The position numbers and the translations under genes are program-made. The notes beneath the pieces are model-generated. The model was given only the letters and a program-made list of their open reading frames with translations, searched no databases and had not been told where the DNA came from. Below are positions 59,411 through 64,000 of a stretch of DNA of 64,000 nucleotides, piece after piece. The DNA lies in assembly GCA_037308085.1 (NCBI GenBank), contig CP147779.1, positions 2,016,001 to 2,080,000 on the forward strand, written 5' to 3'. Source of the DNA: Promethearchaeati archaeon SRVP18_Atabeyarchaeia-1 (lineage in GTDB: Archaea > Asgardarchaeota > Atabeyarchaeia > Atabeyarchaeales > Atabeyarchaeaceae). The first letter of the stretch is position 1, and every line of letters starts with the position of its first letter.

Positions 59411-60640
59411 ATGGGCAGAGGTAAACTCACGGTACTTATAGTCTTTTCAATCGTGTGGGGAATTCTCACTTACGGGCTGGACTGGTTCTTCTTGGATAAC
59501 ACAATGGTTACGACCACATTTGCCACGACCTACACTCAAATCGGCATCCTCTTAGCAGTTACAGCGTTCATCAACGCAGTCGTCATGCTGCCGTCTGGCA
59601 GACTAGCTGACCGGTTCGGCAGAAAACCGGTCGTCATAGTGTCTTTCATCGGGCTAGCCATCTGCTACTTTGCCTATACTTTTGCACTCACATTCGAGCC
59701 GCTCCTCGTTCTGTACATCGTTGGCTCTGTTAGAATGATTTTCGCAGCAACAGCTTGGGTCGCCCTGCTAGCTTGGGTCGCGGACCAAAGCTCGATGAAG
59801 AACCGGGGTACAGTAATGTCTGGCTTGCAGGCGGCTTTGACCGTGGCTAACATCGGTGCGCTAGGTGTCATCGGAGTTCTATACGAAAGCGTTGGCTCGT
59901 ACATGACATTCGTCATTGTTGCCGCAATTCAATTCGTCGCGGTACTCCCGCTATTGCTCGTCTCCCAGAGAGAGTCTGCGAGCCTAGATAGTAAGAGTAC
60001 GAAACCTGAGAAAGGTGGCAAACTAAGAACATGGAGAGAAGTGATTCGCGACACCCCCCTGATTCTACTGAGCATATCGGCGATGATCGCCACCGCTCCT
60101 GGCATACTTATACAAACAATTCTCATCCCATATCTTGAGACACACTACGCATTCACACTCGCCGGCACAACCATACCGCTCATGTTCATGCTCCTTTTCA
60201 CCGGGGTTGGATTTGGCATATCCGCGTTTGTCATCGACAAGTTGAGGGTAAAGAGAGCACTACTGATCGCGAGCCTTGCCATTAGCGTAGTACCTCTAGT
60301 ACTGCTACTGCTCACAGCCTACTTGGAGTTCATGCAGAACATAATTGCGCTAACAATATCCTTGGGAATCTTTGGTCTCGGCATCGGCGCATCTACGCCA
60401 ACTTACCTAGCCATAATGGCCGACTTGGCGCCAACCGGCGAAATGGGCACTGAAATGGGCGTCTTCCAAGGCATCTTGAACTTCAACTACGTCATTGGGA
60501 GAGCCATGGGTGGATACCTGCTAGATCTTGGAGGCTTAGCGACATCGATGCTTGGCTCCATTGCACTGGTACTGATCTCACTGATCCTCGTCGCAGGTGT
60601 AGTGCGAAAATCAGTGTTCGAATCGAGGAAAGGAAAATAA
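59411..60640 (+). CDS. MFS transporter
   Basis: GRLADRFGRK motif A; about 12 TM. Confidence 0.9.
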   Translation: MGRGKLTVLIVFSIVWGILTYGLDWFFLDNTMVTTTFATTYTQIGILLAVTAFINAVVMLPSGRLADRFGRKPVVIVSFIGLAICYFAYTFALTFEPLLVLYIVGSVRMIFAATAWVALLAWVADQSSMKNRGTVMSGLQAALTVANIGALGVIGVLYESVGSYMTFVIVAAIQFVAVLPLLLVSQRESASLDSKSTKPEKGGKLRTWREVIRDTPLILLSISAMIATAPGILIQTILIPYLETHYAFTLAGTTIPLMFMLLFTGVGFGISAFVIDKLRVKRALLIASLAISVVPLVLLLLTAYLEFMQNIIALTISLGIFGLGIGASTPTYLAIMADLAPTGEMGTEMGVFQGILNFNYVIGRAMGGYLLDLGGLATSMLGSIALVLISLILVAGVVRKSVFESRKGK

Positions 60641-60813
60641 GACGCACCTAAGGGATGAAAGGACAAGATATATCCATTCATCCCCACTCATTCTTTCTTT
60701 TTGACCGAAGGGAATGCGGGCAGTTGCCTGAAGCCATTAGCGATCCACCGCAGCTCCAGTGGAGGTACAGTCATAGGCCTTTTACTCCAGGCGAAATCCC
60801 CCGTTCGAGCGAC

Positions 60814-62016
60814 CTAGAAGAACGTCGGCTGTCGCTCATATGCCCTTTTTGGAGGCTCCATCTTCAACGTCTCCTCCGGGGATAAAACCTCAACGAGCTC
60901 ATATCTTCTCGAGCCCATGCCAAGTTTCTCTGCAAACTCTGTGGCGAGGTACGGGTTCTTCATTGCACCATGAATGCGCTGGAATGGATGCAGGTCTGCG
61001 CCTGGATCCAGATTGGCGTGCATGAAGTGCGGCGGTATGGCCTTCTCGAGCAAGCCCGCCTTTGAGATCAAGTCTAACGTGGCGGTCTCTATTGCCACGA
61101 TGTCCCTGCTGCCGACAACACCTACGTCTGGAACAACGCATGGCATACCCATGCCCATGCAATCGCAGTATGGTGTTACCTGAATTATGAAGTTCAGGAA
61201 GAATCTCTTGCTCTTGTCGAACCTATCCACCACTTGTTTCGCCGCGATGGCAAGCATCTCTTGGAACGCCGAAAAGCCCTCCTGCTTCAGCTCCAAGCAG
61301 CCAACACCCTTGTCTGTCTCGAGGCATTCGTTGCACTGGACGCACTCGTGGATTTCGATTTGCAGGTGGTGTTTCTTCTTGTCATACTTGATTGCATCGT
61401 ACTTGCAGGATTTGGCGATTTCCTCTGCGTGTTCTGGGGTGCACTTCTTCGGGTCCCAGAACTGCACCTGGTAGGGAGCTTGATGGATCTTCGTCCACCT
61501 CGTTGGACCTGAGTATCCGCCAAGGGCCAAGTTCTTGATGGCGCCGCCGTATCCGCTTGCGCCATGCCCCTTTGCGTGGCTCAAGTCGATCAGGGCGTCA
61601 GCATCGTGCAGGACTCCAGCCATGTCCAGCTTCTCGATTCCCCTGTAGTTCACCATCGCCTCGTACGTGTACTTGTCTTTGATTCCTGCGACTGGGATGA
61701 TGGGGCAGCCGCAGGTTTCCTGGGTGTAGCCTCGGTCGACCGCATTGTATACGGAGGTTGGATTATCCGTGATGAAGGGATAGCCGCCAGTCTTTTGTAC
61801 TGCCTTCACAATGCGTCTTACAAAGAAGACGGGGATTGTTTGGTAACCCGTGTTGAAGCCAAGGTGCATCTTTATGGCTACCTTGTCTCCCGTTTTTATG
61901 GTTGAGAGATCCAGCAACTCAAGGATCTTGTCGACCTTCGCGCTTAGGGATGCGAATTCGGCGATCCTGCCTTGCTGAACTGACCCAAAATACACTTTCG
62001 ATCCTTTCTCACTCAT
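60814..62016 (-). CDS. DUF362 domain Fe-S protein
   Basis: VAIKMHLG, SHAKGH..GGAIKNL, CVQCNEC, PYCDC, D.VAI..A. Confidence 0.85.
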   Translation of the reverse strand: MSEKGSKVYFGSVQQGRIAEFASLSAKVDKILELLDLSTIKTGDKVAIKMHLGFNTGYQTIPVFFVRRIVKAVQKTGGYPFITDNPTSVYNAVDRGYTQETCGCPIIPVAGIKDKYTYEAMVNYRGIEKLDMAGVLHDADALIDLSHAKGHGASGYGGAIKNLALGGYSGPTRWTKIHQAPYQVQFWDPKKCTPEHAEEIAKSCKYDAIKYDKKKHHLQIEIHECVQCNECLETDKGVGCLELKQEGFSAFQEMLAIAAKQVVDRFDKSKRFFLNFIIQVTPYCDCMGMGMPCVVPDVGVVGSRDIVAIETATLDLISKAGLLEKAIPPHFMHANLDPGADLHPFQRIHGAMKNPYLATEFAEKLGMGSRRYELVEVLSPEETLKMEPPKRAYERQPTFF

Positions 62017-62212
62017 CTTACGCGCCCTCCGAGTGCCAGTCAGAAATACCTAGAAGCAATTCAGTGACTCCATCAAAACAATCATAAGAATAGCGATATA
62101 AAGACTTGTCGACTCAAGCAAAACAGGTCCAACCGAACCACACCTAGCTAAGGCGGGAATGAGTGCATCTAATCTATGAGTGCCCCTGAGGCGGAGCGCA
62201 CTCCCCCTGTAC

Positions 62213-63139
62213 TCATGTTGGAGAGTATCTTTCTCCCCTTTTTGCTGCTCTCCCTTGGCTGACTAGTTCATTCAGATGCTTTGTGATCATGTTTCCTTCC
62301 CAGTAGCGCAGCAGGGGTTCTGCGTAGGGGAACCTTCCGTAGATCGGAGCCTCGTTCACGAGCTCGGCTACGCTTCTGCCACTCGTAGTGAGCATGTCAA
62401 GTATCTTCTCGCTTCTCTCCTGAAATTTGGAGTTGAAGTCGCTGAGCTTTCTCTTTATGTCGTTTTTTATGATTTCCCTATGACCTGAAACCATGATCTC
62501 GATGTCCAGTCTCTCTAGCTTCTCTATGGATGCCTTGAATGCAGGGATGCTCGACTCCCTGTGACCGTACCAAGGACCAAAAGAGGTTAAGTCATAGTCG
62601 AATGAGAGCAGTATCTTCTTATTAGGCTCGTAGAAGCAGTAGTGATCAATTGTGTGTCCTGGAGTGTAGATGGGAAGAAGAGTGGCTTCGCCAAATCTGA
62701 AGGACGTCCGGCTACTGAAACTTCTGGTGGGTTTGCATTCCTTGAAGCCCATGACCTTGGAGACGAAGTCTCTCCAGTATTCCGCCAGCCACCCGGGTTC
62801 TGCGAGTCTGTCTCCGAGTGCAGCCATGTTTCCACTTGTCTCAAATCCCTCTTCTGGAACGTAGATCGCCTTGACGCCGTCTCTGAATAGCCAGTTTCCT
62901 GCGGAGTGGTCTGGGTGAGTATGGGAGTTAATGACGCAAGTGACATTGAATCTTCGCTTGATCACGCTGAGCGTGCTTATCCCGCAGCCAGTGTCTATTA
63001 CTGTTGCTTCGCCATTGTCTCTCTTAACTAAAACGGAATTTGAGTGGGGGAATCTACCTCCATCCTCGCCCCTGACGAGAAACATACTATCTTCAATGTG
63101 CTCAAGCTCTAGTTCTTTCAATTGTGAGCGACCTTCCAC
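62213..63139 (-). CDS. MBL-fold metallo-hydrolase with C-terminal wHTH-like region
   Basis: IDTG, SHTHPDH, PGHT..H, SGH. Confidence 0.88.
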   Translation of the reverse strand: MEGRSQLKELELEHIEDSMFLVRGEDGGRFPHSNSVLVKRDNGEATVIDTGCGISTLSVIKRRFNVTCVINSHTHPDHSAGNWLFRDGVKAIYVPEEGFETSGNMAALGDRLAEPGWLAEYWRDFVSKVMGFKECKPTRSFSSRTSFRFGEATLLPIYTPGHTIDHYCFYEPNKKILLSFDYDLTSFGPWYGHRESSIPAFKASIEKLERLDIEIMVSGHREIIKNDIKRKLSDFNSKFQERSEKILDMLTTSGRSVAELVNEAPIYGRFPYAEPLLRYWEGNMITKHLNELVSQGRAAKRGERYSPT

Positions 63140-63375
63140 TCAATACAATCACAATCTACCTAGACCACTTGCATCAACTTATCGGCTTTGGTTTAGATGA
63201 CGAGTATTCTCTTGCCTATACCCTCTTGAATTTGGTCAGGTGAGCTGAAGATGTGAGCGAACTATCCAAGGATGTTGGCCCAAGTCGCCATTTTTGTGCT
63301 CCTGTTAGTGGGAGGACTCATGATCTAGTATGTTGCTCGTCTCTCCTTCCCAGTATGCGGCGAAGCAAATCGAGG

Positions 63376-64000
63376 CTATATGCTCAGCAGCAGCTCGGTC
63401 AGATACATCACTATCATGCCGATTGTCACGCCCACAAGGATTAGGTGCTTGTGCTCCCTCGTGTATGCTATCGGTATGAGTTCGATAACAACGTAGAGTA
63501 TCGCCCCAGCCGCGAGAGCGAAAAACAGAGTTGCTAGCATGTCAGAGTAGAAGAGGGCGCCAAGAACTGCGCCCAGCACCGTGGGGCCGCCAGCTATGAG
63601 CCCAATTAGGATAGGATCTCTGGTTCTGACTTCAGCTTTGGCGATAGGCGCGACTATGCCGAACCCCTCTGTCCCGTTGTGCAGCGCGAACCCGATGATG
63701 AGGAGATAACTCAGCGTCACAGCTCCAGCAGCGTAAGATGACCCTATGGCTAATCCCTCCCCGAGGTTGTGCAGGCCTATGCCAAGAGCAATGAGATACG
63801 CAAAGGAAACGCTTGCCTGAGGCGTTTTTGAATCCTTGTCTGGCTGGGATACGTCAGGGTGATACCCCCTCGGATGCTTGTGAGACCTGCCGCGTATGGA
63901 CTCGTATACCGCCAAGCCCAGGAGACCGACCACGAATCCAGAAACCACTAGCGCTCCCCCGAGCATGGCACCAGACGATTCAGCCAGAACTTCAGACTCA
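63376..64000 (-). CDS. ZIP family metal transporter (5'-partial, runs off the window)
   Basis: GIGLHNLGEGLAIG, ALHN.TEG, AAGA.LYV..EL.P; frame open to the window end. Confidence 0.9.
   Translation of the reverse strand, partial: ESEVLAESSGAMLGGALVVSGFVVGLLGLAVYESIRGRSHKHPRGYHPDVSQPDKDSKTPQASVSFAYLIALGIGLHNLGEGLAIGSSYAAGAVTLSYLLIIGFALHNGTEGFGIVAPIAKAEVRTRDPILIGLIAGGPTVLGAVLGALFYSDMLATLFFALAAGAILYVVIELIPIAYTREHKHLILVGVTIGMIVMYLTELLLSI

Noticed and set aside
1-64000. Ubiquitin, E1, E2, JAB, small GTPase, tRNA, rRNA, transposase or integrase genes, and the many antisense ORFs in the track
   Set aside because: None of these genes was recognised in the window; antisense ORFs shadow well-supported genes and lack motifs

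Overview
Archaeal chromosomal window, most likely from an Asgard archaeon (inferred from arrestin-fold, longin-like and RING-like proteins, TATA-box promoters, T-tract terminators and many TTG/GTG starts). No rRNA, tRNA, CRISPR array or transposase was recognised. The left 18 kb is a paralog-rich, eukaryote-signature-like island. It holds four arrestin (N+C) proteins, three of them in tandem and fused to a zinc ribbon plus a RING-like finger. It also holds two more RING-like proteins, a 7TM protein in an operon with a longin-like protein, a second longin-like gene paired with an MBL/di-iron domain, and four paralogous glycosylated surface proteins. The same RING-like finger (C-x2-C-x12-C-x2-C-x4-H-x2-H-x10-C-x2-C) forms the cytoplasmic tail of a single-pass FG-GAP beta-propeller receptor-like protein at 57-59 kb. 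Together these suggest a modular arrestin/receptor-coupled E3-ligase-like toolkit. The rest of the window holds a secreted linalool dehydratase/isomerase homolog with an ECF S-component, an ABC exporter, MEDS and KaiC-like proteins, a stress cluster (SOD, ferritin-like, ArsB, DinB, CorA), a glycoside-use set (3 Gfo/Idh/MocA, 2 TIM-barrel isomerases, PIG-L, GH4, MFS), a Lon-like protease, two DUF362 and several MBL proteins. Four gene remnants were found: HepT toxin, arrestin 5' end, MFS 3' half and Fe-S protein 5' end.
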